Shown: in pieces, positions 27,983 to 37,819 of the stretch
Layout: each line of letters starts with the position of its first letter
Position numbering within the stretch: the stretch's first letter is position 1
Source: Arenimonas sp.
GTDB lineage: Bacteria > Pseudomonadota > Gammaproteobacteria > Xanthomonadales > Xanthomonadaceae
Direction of reading: 5' to 3'
Assembly (NCBI GenBank): GCA_017987065.1
Contig: JAGNUI010000001.1
Coordinates: 1 to 46,796, forward strand
Length of the DNA stretch: 46,796 bases
Program-made: the position numbers and the translations under genes
Notes under the pieces: generated by a model
The model's input: the letters and a program-made list of their open reading frames with translations, nothing else
The model's database searches: none
What the model was told of the DNA's origin: nothing

Positions 27983-29115
27983 TAGTTATCGCCCGATTTT
28001 TTTTCAATTTTTTTAGGCGCATTAACGGCTTTGCCATCAATACCAATAACGGAAACTTTTGAACCATCACGTACTGCGACTTTACCTGCCGTTATGACTT
28101 TGTCGCCTTGTCTAATGCCGGAAATAACTTCAGCAATTTCACCATTGCTATAACCGGTTTTAATTGGAGCACGTATGGCTTTGCCACTACGAACGATATA
28201 AACCGCTGACTCGCCTTCATCTTCGATAAGCGCTGCACGAGGTATGGTTAAGACATTATCACGCTGATCATAAGCAATTTCTAAGCGACCAAACATGCCT
28301 GAGCGCAAGATCTTATCACTATTAAATGCAGAAGTGACGCGAAAAGTGCCACTTCCAGAATCCATAACGGGACTAATTCGATCAACGACACCTTCAAACA
28401 CTTTGCCTGGAATAGCATCCACCATCATACGAACAGGCATGTCTTTAATTATTAGCGCCATTTCACGCTCCGGCACGTTAATCACAGCTTCAAGGTTTTG
28501 CGTGTTAACAATGCGATACACAGGCGCATTTAATGTCACTAAATTACCTTGTTTCACCATGCGCTGAGCCACCACGCCTGAAATTGGCGCAATCACATTG
28601 GTGTTGGATAACTCCAGTTTAGCGAGATTTAGACTTGCCTTAGCTGATTCTAAGTCAAACCGAATTTGATCATTTGCTTCAGCCGAAATCAGTTTCTGAC
28701 TTAATAATTTTTGAGCTCTGTTATAGTTATTAGTAAGTTTGTTCACCATCGCTTGGCTGCGTTGCACTTCAAGCATGGCTCTTGATGGATCAATACGGGC
28801 CATCACTTGACCTTGAGTAACAAAATCTCCCTCCTCGGCTAGCTGGGAAACCAACACCCCAGAACTTTTAGCAACCACTTGCGCTTCATTAGGCGCTTCT
28901 AGGTTGGCAGTGCCCGAATAATTAGCACTAATGGTTTGCGTATTAACTGTAACCACTTCAACCGGCACTGCATCGGGCTCATTATTCTCCTTACCTTGCC
29001 CATCCGCAGATTTTCCATCGGCATCTGATCCTGGCTTTCCGCCACAACCAACTAGCAATATACTGAAAATAACTGCGAAAATTAAAGTTTGAGTGCGCTT
29101 TGTTGTAGAGTCCAT
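27982..29115 (-). CDS. RND periplasmic adaptor (membrane fusion lipoprotein)
   Basis: Lipobox LVGC, EGDFVTQGQ, APISGVV, LRSGMF, GDKVIT. Confidence 0.95.
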   Translation of the reverse strand: MDSTTKRTQTLIFAVIFSILLVGCGGKPGSDADGKSADGQGKENNEPDAVPVEVVTVNTQTISANYSGTANLEAPNEAQVVAKSSGVLVSQLAEEGDFVTQGQVMARIDPSRAMLEVQRSQAMVNKLTNNYNRAQKLLSQKLISAEANDQIRFDLESAKASLNLAKLELSNTNVIAPISGVVAQRMVKQGNLVTLNAPVYRIVNTQNLEAVINVPEREMALIIKDMPVRMMVDAIPGKVFEGVVDRISPVMDSGSGTFRVTSAFNSDKILRSGMFGRLEIAYDQRDNVLTIPRAALIEDEGESAVYIVRSGKAIRAPIKTGYSNGEIAEVISGIRQGDKVITAGKVAVRDGSKVSVIGIDGKAVNAPKKIEKKSGDN

Positions 29116-29263
29116 TTTAAAATACCAATTTCAGTGATGTGAATTAAACGAAATACTAACTTGAATTTTCAGTATGTGTACCTGCCTAAAGTCATACATC
29201 TTTGACTGAATGGCATGAATTTTAGGTATAATTACCGAACTTAATTTAACTTTTGGCTTATTT

Positions 29264-29587
29264 ATGACCAAAACCATGCTTTATATTGCTGTTTTCTTTA
29301 CACTCACAAGCACCACCATTGAAGCCAAAGGTGATGCTAAAAGAGGTAAATCCTTGGCTTATACCTGCACAGGTTGCCATGGGATTAATGAATATAAAAA
29401 TGCCTATCCGAGTTACCATGTGCCAAAAATTGCTGGGCAAAATGAAGCTTATCTTGTTAATGCTTTAACTGCTTATTCAAAAGGTGAGCGCAACCATCCC
29501 ACCATGAGCGCACAAGCAAAAAGTTTCAGCCTGCAAGAAATGGCTGATATCGCTGCTTATATTTCCACCCAAAAACCGGCAAACTAA
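29264..29587 (+). CDS. Monoheme cytochrome c (c553/c4-like)
   Basis: Signal peptide, CTGCH, PKIAGQ, axial Met in HPTM. Confidence 0.93.
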   Translation: MTKTMLYIAVFFTLTSTTIEAKGDAKRGKSLAYTCTGCHGINEYKNAYPSYHVPKIAGQNEAYLVNALTAYSKGERNHPTMSAQAKSFSLQEMADIAAYISTQKPAN

Positions 29588-29598
29588 GGATTATTATA

Positions 29599-29937
29599 AT
29601 GAACATAAAACTACTCTTAGGTTTTGCTGCTTGCCTTTTATCAACACAAGTATTGGCATTAGGTGTGGTTGGCAATATTGCGGCCGGCAAAGTAAAAGCT
29701 AATACTGTTTGCGCGGCATGCCATGGCCTAGATGGCAATAAGACACTTGACAACACGTACCCGAAGCTAGCTGGCCAATATCCCGATTATTTGCTTAAGT
29801 CTTTAAAAGAATATAAATCGGGCAAACGTAGCAATGCCATTATGGCTGGGCAAGCGCAAGCACTAAGTGACTCAGATATGGCTAATTTAGCGAGCTATTA
29901 CGGATCTTTACCAAGTCAACTTGGTATTATTAAGTAA
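29599..29937 (+). CDS. Monoheme cytochrome c (c553/c4-like)
   Basis: Signal peptide, CAACH, YPKLAGQ, NAIM. Confidence 0.93.
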   Translation: MNIKLLLGFAACLLSTQVLALGVVGNIAAGKVKANTVCAACHGLDGNKTLDNTYPKLAGQYPDYLLKSLKEYKSGKRSNAIMAGQAQALSDSDMANLASYYGSLPSQLGIIK

Positions 29938-29961
29938 ACCAATCGCGGTTAAATTTAAAAA

Positions 29962-29995
29962 AATAAAAAAGACAGGCTAGCCTGTCTTTTTTATT
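29962..29995. terminator. Bidirectional rho-independent terminator
   Basis: AATAAAAAAGACAGG-ctag-CCTGTCTTTTTTATT. Confidence 0.9.
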
Positions 29996-30012
29996 GCGAT
30001 AGAAATAACAGT

Positions 30013-30597
30013 TTACCGCGCCATATAAGGTGCAGCGCCGGTAGCATGATCGGTTGCGTCACGAACTGCTGTAATCTGCGGGATTTTATCAATGATGGTT
30101 TTTTCAACGCCTTGCTTCAAGGTAATATCAACCATGCTACAGCCATGACAACCACCACCAAATCGCAAATACACCACGTTATCGGCATCAATTGAATCCA
30201 GTGAGACTTTGCCCTTATGAGCGGCTAATTGCGGGTTAATCTCTGAATCGATTAACCAAATCACTTGTTCAGCCAGTGGGCTCTCAATATTAGGCACACT
30301 ACCTTTGATATGTGGCGCACGAATAACCAGTTGCGTACCAGTACCAGAATGCGTGATATCAATGTGTGCGCTATTCAAGAACGGAATGCTGTGCGCATCT
30401 ACAAACAAAGTAAATCCTTCGCATTCAATTTGCCATTCATCACCAAGCAAATCACCCTGTTCGGCAAACTCAAGCCGTGCATCGGCTGTAGCTGTTCCCG
30501 GGTTTAGCGCACTAACCCGAATGCCAACGGCATCGGAGCCTTGGTTTTGTAATAAATGCCGAAAATGAGTTAGAGCGGTTTCAGTAATTTCAATCAT
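30013..30597 (-). CDS. nfuA: Fe-S biogenesis protein NfuA
   Basis: Degenerate A-type domain followed by INPQLAAHKG..FGGGCHGC..TLKQGVE..DATDH. Confidence 0.95.
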   Translation of the reverse strand: MIEITETALTHFRHLLQNQGSDAVGIRVSALNPGTATADARLEFAEQGDLLGDEWQIECEGFTLFVDAHSIPFLNSAHIDITHSGTGTQLVIRAPHIKGSVPNIESPLAEQVIWLIDSEINPQLAAHKGKVSLDSIDADNVVYLRFGGGCHGCSMVDITLKQGVEKTIIDKIPQITAVRDATDHATGAAPYMAR

Positions 30598-30647
30598 TTG
30601 CCTATTTTACCTTAAACTAATGAAACTCTAATGAATGTTTGAATAAA

Positions 30648-30995
30648 ATGAATAAACCACTAATCCTGCAAAACTGTAGCGCACTCAAAGGTGCAGAACA
30701 TTTACTTTCAACTGAACTATGTGCCAATTACTTAGCACAACTGGACAATTGGCAAATCGCAGAACAAGGTTCGGCTTTGCGGAAAATTTTTCATTTTGAG
30801 AATTATTACCAAACCATGGCATTTGTGAATGCGTTGGCATTTATAGCGCATCAACAAGATCACCACCCTGATTTAGGCGTGCATTACAATCGTTGCGAAA
30901 TCCGCTTCTCAACGCACGATGTGGGTGGCTTAAGCTTGAATGACTTCATTTGTGCGGCTAAAACGGATGCCCTATTCACCAACCAGCTTGTTTAA
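30648..30995 (+). CDS. phhB: Pterin-4-alpha-carbinolamine dehydratase
   Basis: DHHPDL and THDVGGLSLNDFICAAK; ATG at 30648. Confidence 0.93.
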   Translation: MNKPLILQNCSALKGAEHLLSTELCANYLAQLDNWQIAEQGSALRKIFHFENYYQTMAFVNALAFIAHQQDHHPDLGVHYNRCEIRFSTHDVGGLSLNDFICAAKTDALFTNQLV

Positions 30996-31937
30996 AACAT
31001 CATTAAGCTCAGTGGCTAATGGCGCTATCAACTTATAAGGCGTTTGACCGTCATTGATTGCAAATTGCATCGATTCCGCATGTAAAAACAGTCGTTTCAA
31101 TCCAAATTGACTAGACAATTTTTTATTGGCTTCTTTATCGCCGTATTTATCATCACCGGCAACCGGGTGTCCAATGTGCGCGGCATGCACGCGAATTTGG
31201 TGTGTACGGCCTGTTTCTATACGAATTTTGCATAAGCTATAACCGCCGCGACGCTCAAGCAAGGTAAAGTGGCTGATTGAAGGCTTGCCATCAAGATCCA
31301 CCCGCACCATGCGCTCACCACCTTGCATCACGGATTTTTGCAAAGCAGCTTTGACGGTCATCGTACCACTTGGCATTCTGCCAACCAAAAGCGCCAAATA
31401 TTGCTTTTCCGGACCCTCATCATCGTCTTGTTTGCGCATCAGAGCTTGCAGTTGCAGCAAAGCTGAGCGTTTTTTTGCCAACACCAACACACCAGACGTT
31501 TCACGATCAAGTCGATGCACCAACTCTAAGGGTTCATTCGGGCGAAGTGCTCGAAAGCCCTCAATAATTCCAAAACTGATACCACTGCCGCCATGGGTGG
31601 CTATACCCGATGGTTTATTAATGACTAATAACGCCTTATCTTCGAAAACAATACTTGCTTGCAAGCGCTCCAACATGGCTTTTGGCGGCACCCGGTTTGG
31701 GTCAGCCTGTTCAATCTTTACTGGCGGAACGCGGATATCGTCGCCTTCGTCCAATCGATCTTCAGGCTTGGCCCGTTTGCCATTAATTCGGACTTGGCCA
31801 TCGCGAATTATTTTGTAAATCAAGCTTCTAGGTGCACCTTTGAGCAGCCCTAAGAGGAAGTTATCCAAACGCTGGCCGTCTCTGTCCTCCGGCACTTTGA
31901 TAATTTTCACACCTGAATTCAAGGAAGGGCTGTTCAT
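30972..31937 (-). CDS. rluC: 23S rRNA pseudouridine synthase C (RluA family)
   Basis: S4 domain GQRLDNFL, HRLDRETSG, TGRTHQIRVH; divergent from rne. Confidence 0.95.
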   Translation of the reverse strand: MNSPSLNSGVKIIKVPEDRDGQRLDNFLLGLLKGAPRSLIYKIIRDGQVRINGKRAKPEDRLDEGDDIRVPPVKIEQADPNRVPPKAMLERLQASIVFEDKALLVINKPSGIATHGGSGISFGIIEGFRALRPNEPLELVHRLDRETSGVLVLAKKRSALLQLQALMRKQDDDEGPEKQYLALLVGRMPSGTMTVKAALQKSVMQGGERMVRVDLDGKPSISHFTLLERRGGYSLCKIRIETGRTHQIRVHAAHIGHPVAGDDKYGDKEANKKLSSQFGLKRLFLHAESMQFAINDGQTPYKLIAPLATELNDVLNKLVGE

Positions 31938-31959
31938 TTTTGTTCCATCTGTTAAACTA

Positions 31960-32248
31960 CATAGGCAAGTAAGATGCTGATTTCACTCGTTGCCGGTCGA
32001 AAACCTGTGCCTAGTGTATCCCAATAAACGCTACCACACTCTCAGGGAGTGACCTTGTTAAGCGTTTGGCGGGCTTCATTTAACTTGTAATAGTCCGAAC
32101 TGCGCACGGCGTTGTTTGGCCCCTTTAACGAAACAATGATTTGCGCTCCCGTAGGTACGCCTGTGGTTTAGTAGCGCTGAACAATTTAGCATTCGAAAGC
32201 CTGCTGAACTCGGCGATCCTTACGGTAGAGCGCGTGAGGAATATTACA
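31960..32248 (+). promoter_or_regulatory. Long structured rne 5' leader
   Basis: -10-like TAAACT at 31953-31958, stems at 31964-31994, 32026-32067 and 32143-32233, SD GAGGA at 32236-32240. Confidence 0.65.
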
Positions 32249-35119
32249 ATGAAGCGTATGTTAATAAATGCCACGCAGGCTGAAGAATTGCGCGTGGCAA
32301 TAGTCGATGGTCAACAGTTATATGACATCGATATTGAACAGCCAGCAAAAGAACAAAAAAAATCAAACATTTACAAAGGTCGTATCGTACGACTTGAGCC
32401 TTCTTTAGAAGCTGCATTTGTCGATTACGGTGGTGGTCGCCATGGATTTCTTCCCCTGAAAGAAATCTCACGCGACTATTTCGTGCCTGGTATCGACTCC
32501 AATAAAGCCGGAATGAAGGAGTTTTTGCGCGAAGGCCAAGAAGTGGTCGTGCAGGTCGATAAAGAAGAACGTGGTAACAAAGGCGCTGCGTTAACCACAT
32601 ATATCTCATTAGCCGGCCGGTATATGGTGCTAATGCCAAACTCCCCAACCGCTGGTGGTGTTTCACGCCGAATTGAAGGCGATGATCGTCAAGCCCTGAA
32701 GCAGACGATGGACGCGCTGAATATTCCTGAAGATATGGGCGTCATTATTCGCACAGCCGGTATGGGCCGCGATGCTGAAGAACTGCAATGGGACTTGGAT
32801 TATTTGATTCAAGCATGGAACGCTATTGGTCAAGCCGCTTTATCTAAGCCATCACCTTTCCTGATTTATCAAGAATCTCGACTCATTATTCGGGCCTTGC
32901 GCGATTACATGCGTCCAGATATCGGTGAAGTTCTGATAGATACGGCTGAAATATTTGAGCAAGCTACCGACTTCATGCAATTAGTGATGCCGCATAATTT
33001 GCGCAAGCTTAAAATGTACAGCGACGACATTCCGTTATTCAATCGTTTCCAAATTGAATCACAAATCGAGCAAGCCTACGAGCGTACGGTACGTCTGCCA
33101 TCCGGCGGCTCCATTGTATTAGATCAAACGGAAGCCCTCACTGCCGTTGACGTGAACTCTTCGCGCGCTACCAAAGGTGGCGATATTGAAGAAACCGCGT
33201 TAAATACCAACCTTGAAGCAGCTGACGAAGTAGCCCGCCAAATGCGCTTGCGTGATCTTGGTGGCTTGGTAGTCATTGATTTTATCGACATGAGCTTGGG
33301 TAAACACCAACGCATGGTCGAAGACCGCTTACAGCAAGCCCTGAAACTAGACCGAGCACGCGTTCAGATTGGTAAAATCTCACGCTTTGGTTTGCTTGAG
33401 CTTTCCCGACAACGCCTACGCCCTTCATTGGGCGAATCAAGCCAAATCATCTGCCCACGTTGCGATGGACATGGCCGTATGCGGAGCGTTGAGTCGTTAT
33501 CATTATCCATTCTTCGCTTAGCTGAAGAGCAAGCTATGAAAGATCATACAGGACAAATTTTGGTTCAAGCGCCAGCGCAAATTGCCAATTATTTACTGAA
33601 TGAAAAACGTCGTGCTTTAGTCGAAATTGAAGCTCGGCATGAAACACCAATCATCATCATCGCCGACGAGTCGTTGGAAACACCTAATTTCAACGTCTCG
33701 CGAATTCGCGATACCGATCTTGCCGAAGAAAATGGTAAGCCAAGTTATCAACGTGGAGTGCCTCGCAAACTTGAAATTCATTCGCTTACCAAAGCGCAAA
33801 TGAATATTCCAACTGAAGCTGCAGTGACTCATGTAAAACCGGTCAATGTTGCCCCGTTGCGTCAGCCTAGCAAACCTGTTGATGAGCCCGTCAAAATAGA
33901 GACTCAAGGTATTTTGTCACGATTTAAATCTTTTATTTTTGGTTCAAAAGCTACTGAACAAGAAACACCTGTAACGCAAGTTCAGCAACATAGGCACAAC
34001 AATCAAAGAGATCGTTCTGAAAAACGCCCTAATACCAATCCTCGACAAAATCCACAAAACAAACAAAAACAGCCACGCCCTGAACGCACGGAAGAAGAAA
34101 AAAAACTGCTTGATGAAAAACGCAAGTTAGAGCAACAAAAACGCCGCGAAGATCAAGTTAAGCGTGAAGCTGAACGACGTGAAGCGCAGCGCCTTGAAAA
34201 TCTTCGTAGAAATGCCGAGAGCCGCTCACTTGTTGAAACCGATGCAACATTGAAAACAGCCGTTGTATTAGATGATGCTAGCAATCAACAAACGCTTGCA
34301 GACCAAAACGTTATAGTTGATCAAACAAAGCCTGAAGCCAAAATAGATGAAGGCAATGATTCCTCTTCAAGCCGCCGTCGTCGTGGTCGTCGTGGTGGCC
34401 GTCGTCGTCGTCAAGAAGGCGAAAATGCAGAAAATACAGGCTCTGGCAATAATCAACCAGAATTAGAACTTGAGGAAAATATTTCAAACGAAGATATAGT
34501 CATCGACTTTACGCACCCAAAACAAAGCAATACAGCGCCTACTAATGCAGTCCAAAATAATAGTGCGGAATCCGTAAGCCGGACTGTTGACAATATCAAG
34601 CCACAACAAGTGGCTAGAAATACTACCCGGGCAAATCCTGTAGTAGTCTCTGCAATTCCAGTTAGCACTTCAGAATCGGAATTCTCAGATTTAATTAACG
34701 TAGCACCTGAACAGCAGCCTGAAATTAAAGTCAGCGAAGCGGTTGAAGTTAAGGATGTTGCAGTTGCAGTTCCAGCGGTTGTGGAACCAGCAGTTGCAGT
34801 TCCAGCGGTTGTGGAACCAGCAGTTGCAGTTCCAGCAGTTGTGGAACCAGCAGTTGCAGTTCCAGCGGTTGTGGAACTAGCGGTTGCAGTTCCAGCGGCT
34901 GCAGTTGCTGTGCCTGTATTTGTTGAAGTTGAAACAGCACCCGTTTTAGAAGAAGAAGCGAGCTCTATCGTCAAATCTACAGCATCGGTTTTTGTTGAAC
35001 CTAAACCGCAACAGGCTGGGTACGTGCCGGTAGCGCCGCCTTCATTTTCAATGCCTAATACAGCCAATAGCAGTTTCGATTTTGCAGTACATATTAGTCC
35101 GGAAAGCAAACAAGACTAA
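32249..35119 (+). CDS. rne: Ribonuclease E (start at 32249, [10 protein letters not shown])
   Basis: Canonical catalytic domain, Zn-link CPRC, membrane-targeting helix [12 protein letters not shown], Arg-rich segments and a disordered C-terminal half. Confidence 0.98.
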   Translation: MKRMLINATQAEELRVAIVDGQQLYDIDIEQPAKEQKKSNIYKGRIVRLEPSLEAAFVDYGGGRHGFLPLKEISRDYFVPGIDSNKAGMKEFLREGQEVVVQVDKEERGNKGAALTTYISLAGRYMVLMPNSPTAGGVSRRIEGDDRQALKQTMDALNIPEDMGVIIRTAGMGRDAEELQWDLDYLIQAWNAIGQAALSKPSPFLIYQESRLIIRALRDYMRPDIGEVLIDTAEIFEQATDFMQLVMPHNLRKLKMYSDDIPLFNRFQIESQIEQAYERTVRLPSGGSIVLDQTEALTAVDVNSSRATKGGDIEETALNTNLEAADEVARQMRLRDLGGLVVIDFIDMSLGKHQRMVEDRLQQALKLDRARVQIGKISRFGLLELSRQRLRPSLGESSQIICPRCDGHGRMRSVESLSLSILRLAEEQAMKDHTGQILVQAPAQIANYLLNEKRRALVEIEARHETPIIIIADESLETPNFNVSRIRDTDLAEENGKPSYQRGVPRKLEIHSLTKAQMNIPTEAAVTHVKPVNVAPLRQPSKPVDEPVKIETQGILSRFKSFIFGSKATEQETPVTQVQQHRHNNQRDRSEKRPNTNPRQNPQNKQKQPRPERTEEEKKLLDEKRKLEQQKRREDQVKREAERREAQRLENLRRNAESRSLVETDATLKTAVVLDDASNQQTLADQNVIVDQTKPEAKIDEGNDSSSSRRRRGRRGGRRRRQEGENAENTGSGNNQPELELEENISNEDIVIDFTHPKQSNTAPTNAVQNNSAESVSRTVDNIKPQQVARNTTRANPVVVSAIPVSTSESEFSDLINVAPEQQPEIKVSEAVEVKDVAVAVPAVVEPAVAVPAVVEPAVAVPAVVEPAVAVPAVVELAVAVPAAAVAVPVFVEVETAPVLEEEASSIVKSTASVFVEPKPQQAGYVPVAPPSFSMPNTANSSFDFAVHISPESKQD
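34760..34898 (+). repeat. 30-bp in-frame tandem repeat (about 4.6 copies) encoding [10 protein letters not shown]
   Basis: Unit GCAGTTGCAGTTCCAGCGGTTGTGGAACCA at 34760, 34790, 34820 and 34850, with a partial copy at 34880; at most one substitution per copy. Confidence 0.95.
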
Positions 35120-35754
35120 ATACTGACACTTGGCTCGGTGATGCCGTGTAATGCGGCTAGCCGAGCGAGGCTAACGGTGTCTTTTATTTTTAGTTTATCG
35201 AGAATCCGGTATTTGTGAGTTGCGATTGTCTTAGAACTAATACATAACTTTTTAGCCATATCTTCAGCGCGCCAGCCTTGGCAAAATAATAAGGATATTT
35301 CAATTTCGCGTGCCGTCAATAATTCAAATGGCGATTCGACCTGTTTGCACAAGGCCAATCTTTGCGCTAATTCATTAGCTAAATAGCGCTTTCCACGGGC
35401 AACATCGCGAATAGCACGAAGCAATTCATCGGCATTGCAAGCCTTGCCAAGATATCCACTGGCTCCCGCATCCAACAAGCGTTTTGGCATTGGGCCGTCT
35501 TGTTGTACTGAGACAATAATCACTTTACTGGCAGATCGCGCCTGAGTTAATCGCTCTGTAATTTCCAAGCCGCTTAAGCCAGGCATATGCAAATCACACA
35601 ACACAATATCTGGCTTCAGCGCTCTGATTTTCTGTAGCCCTTCTTCACCGGATTCCGCTTCGCCAACCACATTTATATCCATATGTTGTTGTAAAATTAA
35701 ACGATAGCCAGCGCGAACCAAAGCATGATCATCAAGCAAAAAGACAGAAATCAT
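35116..35754 (-). CDS. NarL/LuxR-family response regulator (GacA/UvrY-like)
   Basis: [49 protein letters not shown]. Confidence 0.92.
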   Translation of the reverse strand: MISVFLLDDHALVRAGYRLILQQHMDINVVGEAESGEEGLQKIRALKPDIVLCDLHMPGLSGLEITERLTQARSASKVIIVSVQQDGPMPKRLLDAGASGYLGKACNADELLRAIRDVARGKRYLANELAQRLALCKQVESPFELLTAREIEISLLFCQGWRAEDMAKKLCISSKTIATHKYRILDKLKIKDTVSLARLAALHGITEPSVSI

Positions 35755-35849
35755 TGCAATACCCCTTATATAGTTAAGATTATTTAGACCACTGATAGCT
35801 TACTAAATGGGCTTTTAGTTAAGCAATCAGCATTTTTCTGTATTGACGG

Positions 35850-35863
35850 TAGGAATTTTCCTA
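35850..35863. promoter_or_regulatory. Near-palindromic NarL/LuxR-type operator candidate
   Basis: TAGGAA-tt-TTCCTA in the divergent gap between the regulator and the TonB-like gene. Confidence 0.5.
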
Positions 35864-35893
35864 TAATGAACATTGACCGCCAGCCAAACTAAA

Positions 35894-36547
35894 ATGAACA
35901 TTGATTCTGCGAAACAAACCATTAAACAATTTTTGAGCGCGCTGCATGCCCGTGATTGGCATCAAGTGGTGCAAATTCTTGAAAGTAAAAGTCCTCGCAA
36001 CCTGTTTTTAAGAGCCTTGTTGATTGGTTTAATTTTGTCGGTGCCTTGGCAATGCACTCGAATGGTTTACAACGCTTATTTTTCTGCACCACCTGCACAA
36101 TTAACAAATACTGGCGCATCCTTAACTATTCCCAGCGTTGACAATGGCAGCATCACCAATATGCCAAATCCAAAAGCACGGCGCCCGAAACCAGCCACAA
36201 CCAGCCTTCCGGAAAATGAACCCGAAGTTAAAGAACTGGTGGTTGAAACGCCCAACACTGTTGAGAATGCGACTCCTGATCATGATGCCAAAGTAATCAC
36301 TCAAACCACACCTAAATACCCAACCAATATATTCAAAAAAAATGTATCTGGTACTGTTTTACTAAAAGTACTGATCGATTCCAATGGTTCACCAAAAGAC
36401 ATTGCAATTGAAAAGAGTTCAGATTCAAAAAGCTTGGATCGTGCCGCCAAGAAAGCCGTTTCGGAATGGAAATTTAGTCCCAAAATAGTGAACGGAACCG
36501 CAGTACCCAGTGAATTATTAATCCCAATTGAATTTAAATCTGAATAA
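35894..36547 (+). CDS. TonB C-terminal-domain protein (energy transducer TonB-like)
   Basis: TM helix, Pro-rich linker, PKYP..GTVLLKVLID..SS..LDRAAKKAVSEWKFSP..IPIEF; ATG at 35894. Confidence 0.85.
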   Translation: MNIDSAKQTIKQFLSALHARDWHQVVQILESKSPRNLFLRALLIGLILSVPWQCTRMVYNAYFSAPPAQLTNTGASLTIPSVDNGSITNMPNPKARRPKPATTSLPENEPEVKELVVETPNTVENATPDHDAKVITQTTPKYPTNIFKKNVSGTVLLKVLIDSNGSPKDIAIEKSSDSKSLDRAAKKAVSEWKFSPKIVNGTAVPSELLIPIEFKSE

Positions 36548-36589
36548 ATTCAACCCCAAATGCTTGGAAACAGGTAAAATAATCGTCTT

Positions 36590-36680
36590 GGAGAGATGGC
36601 CGAGCGGTTTAAGGCAGCAGTCTTGAAAACTGCCGTGGGTTCATAGCCCACCGTGGGTTCGAATCCCACTCTCTCCGCCA
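36590..36680 (+). tRNA. tRNA-Ser (anticodon TGA)
   Basis: GGAGAGA..TCTCTCC-G-CCA acceptor stem, anticodon arm GCAGT-CTTGAAA-ACTGC, long variable arm, GTTCGAATC T-loop. Confidence 0.98.
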
Positions 36681-36690
36681 ATTTAAGTCA

Positions 36691-36724
36691 ATAAAAAAGC
36701 CCAATTTAATTGGGCTTTTTTTAT
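36691..36724. terminator. Bidirectional rho-independent terminator
   Basis: ATAAAAAAGCCCAATT-t-AATTGGGCTTTTTTTAT. Confidence 0.9.
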
Positions 36725-36740
36725 ACAGCATTCTCAGTGA

Positions 36741-37751
36741 TTAAGCTTTAATGTGCTTAATAATCGCCTCAGAAAATGTTTGTGTAGTGCCACTACCACC
36801 CAAATCTGGGGTGAGATGGTCTTTGTCGTTCATCGTATCAACAATGGCCTGCTTCAAGCGTTTAGCTGAAGGCACTTCACCCAGATGTTCTAGCATTTGC
36901 ACCGCGCCAAGCAGCAACGCACAAGGATTAGCAAGGCCTTTACCGGCAATATCTGGCGCAGAACCGTGCACGGCCTCAAAAATGGCGCAATCTTTACCAA
37001 TATTAGCACCAGGTGCTAAACCGAGACCACCAACTAAACCCGCGCATAAATCCGAGATGATATCGCCGAATAAATTGGTCGTCACAATGACATCAAATTG
37101 CTCTGGACGCATTACTAATTGCATGCAGGTGTTATCAACAATCATTTCATTGCATGCAATATCCGGATATTCGGCAGCGACTTCACGGGCTACTTTCAGA
37201 AACAGACCGGAAGTTGATTTCAGGATATTGGCTTTATGCACCACTGTGATTTTCTTGCGACCAATGGCGCGTGCCAATTCAAAAGCATAACGGACAATCC
37301 GCTCCGAACCTTTACGGGTAATTTTTTGGGTTAATAACGCCGTTTCGCCATCTTCTGAAATACTCTGACCTTCACCTATATAGGCGCCTTCGGTATTTTC
37401 ACGCACGGTAATCAGATCAATGTTTTGATAACGTGATTTCGTATTCGGAAAGCTAATAGCCGGGCGAACATTGGCATATAAATCAAAATGGCGGCGCAAG
37501 ACCACATTGATGGAAGAAAACCCTTCACCAACTGGCGTAGTCAAAGGGCTTTTAAGCGCCACTTTGTGTTTGCTAATCGAAGCGAGCGTTGCTGCAGGTA
37601 ATAATTCACCACACGCTTCATAAGCGGCTAATCCGGCTTCAACATAATCATATTGCAAGCCAATATTCAAAGCATTCAAGACATTTATGGTTGCATCCAT
37701 AATTTCTGGGCCAATTCCATCCCCACGAATCACCGCAATGGTATGCGACAT
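36741..37751 (-). CDS. icd: Isocitrate dehydrogenase (short, NAD-type; isocitrate/isopropylmalate DH family)
   Basis: GDGIGPEI, TTPVGEGFSSINV, RENTEGAY, VHKANILK, NLFGDIISDL, FEAVHGSAPDIAG. Confidence 0.88.
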   Translation of the reverse strand: MSHTIAVIRGDGIGPEIMDATINVLNALNIGLQYDYVEAGLAAYEACGELLPAATLASISKHKVALKSPLTTPVGEGFSSINVVLRRHFDLYANVRPAISFPNTKSRYQNIDLITVRENTEGAYIGEGQSISEDGETALLTQKITRKGSERIVRYAFELARAIGRKKITVVHKANILKSTSGLFLKVAREVAAEYPDIACNEMIVDNTCMQLVMRPEQFDVIVTTNLFGDIISDLCAGLVGGLGLAPGANIGKDCAIFEAVHGSAPDIAGKGLANPCALLLGAVQMLEHLGEVPSAKRLKQAIVDTMNDKDHLTPDLGGSGTTQTFSEAIIKHIKA

Positions 37752-37819
37752 TTGATTTATCCCATTGAATATTAAGGCGGATATTATAACCTAATTGCCA
37801 CGCAAGATAATGCCTGTAA

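Noticed and set aside
32141-32248. 36-aa N-terminal extension of RNase E
   Set aside because: The canonical [10 protein letters not shown] start has an SD at 32236-32240; the extension is structured leader RNA.
34760-34898. 30-bp repeat as a CRISPR array
   Set aside because: The copies are contiguous with no spacers and lie in frame within rne.
34453-35109. 218-aa antisense ORF with [10 protein letters not shown] repeats (ice-nucleation or adhesin-like appearance)
   Set aside because: It is the reverse-frame shadow of the rne VNTR and low-complexity region, with no independent expression signals.
35843-35867. TTGACG...TATAAT as a sigma70 promoter pair
   Set aside because: The spacer is only 13 nt, so the two hexamers cannot form one standard promoter.
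36590-36740. tRNA-Ser as an integration site for an island
   Set aside because: It is followed directly by a terminator and icd. I saw no duplicated tRNA 3' end and no integrase in the window.
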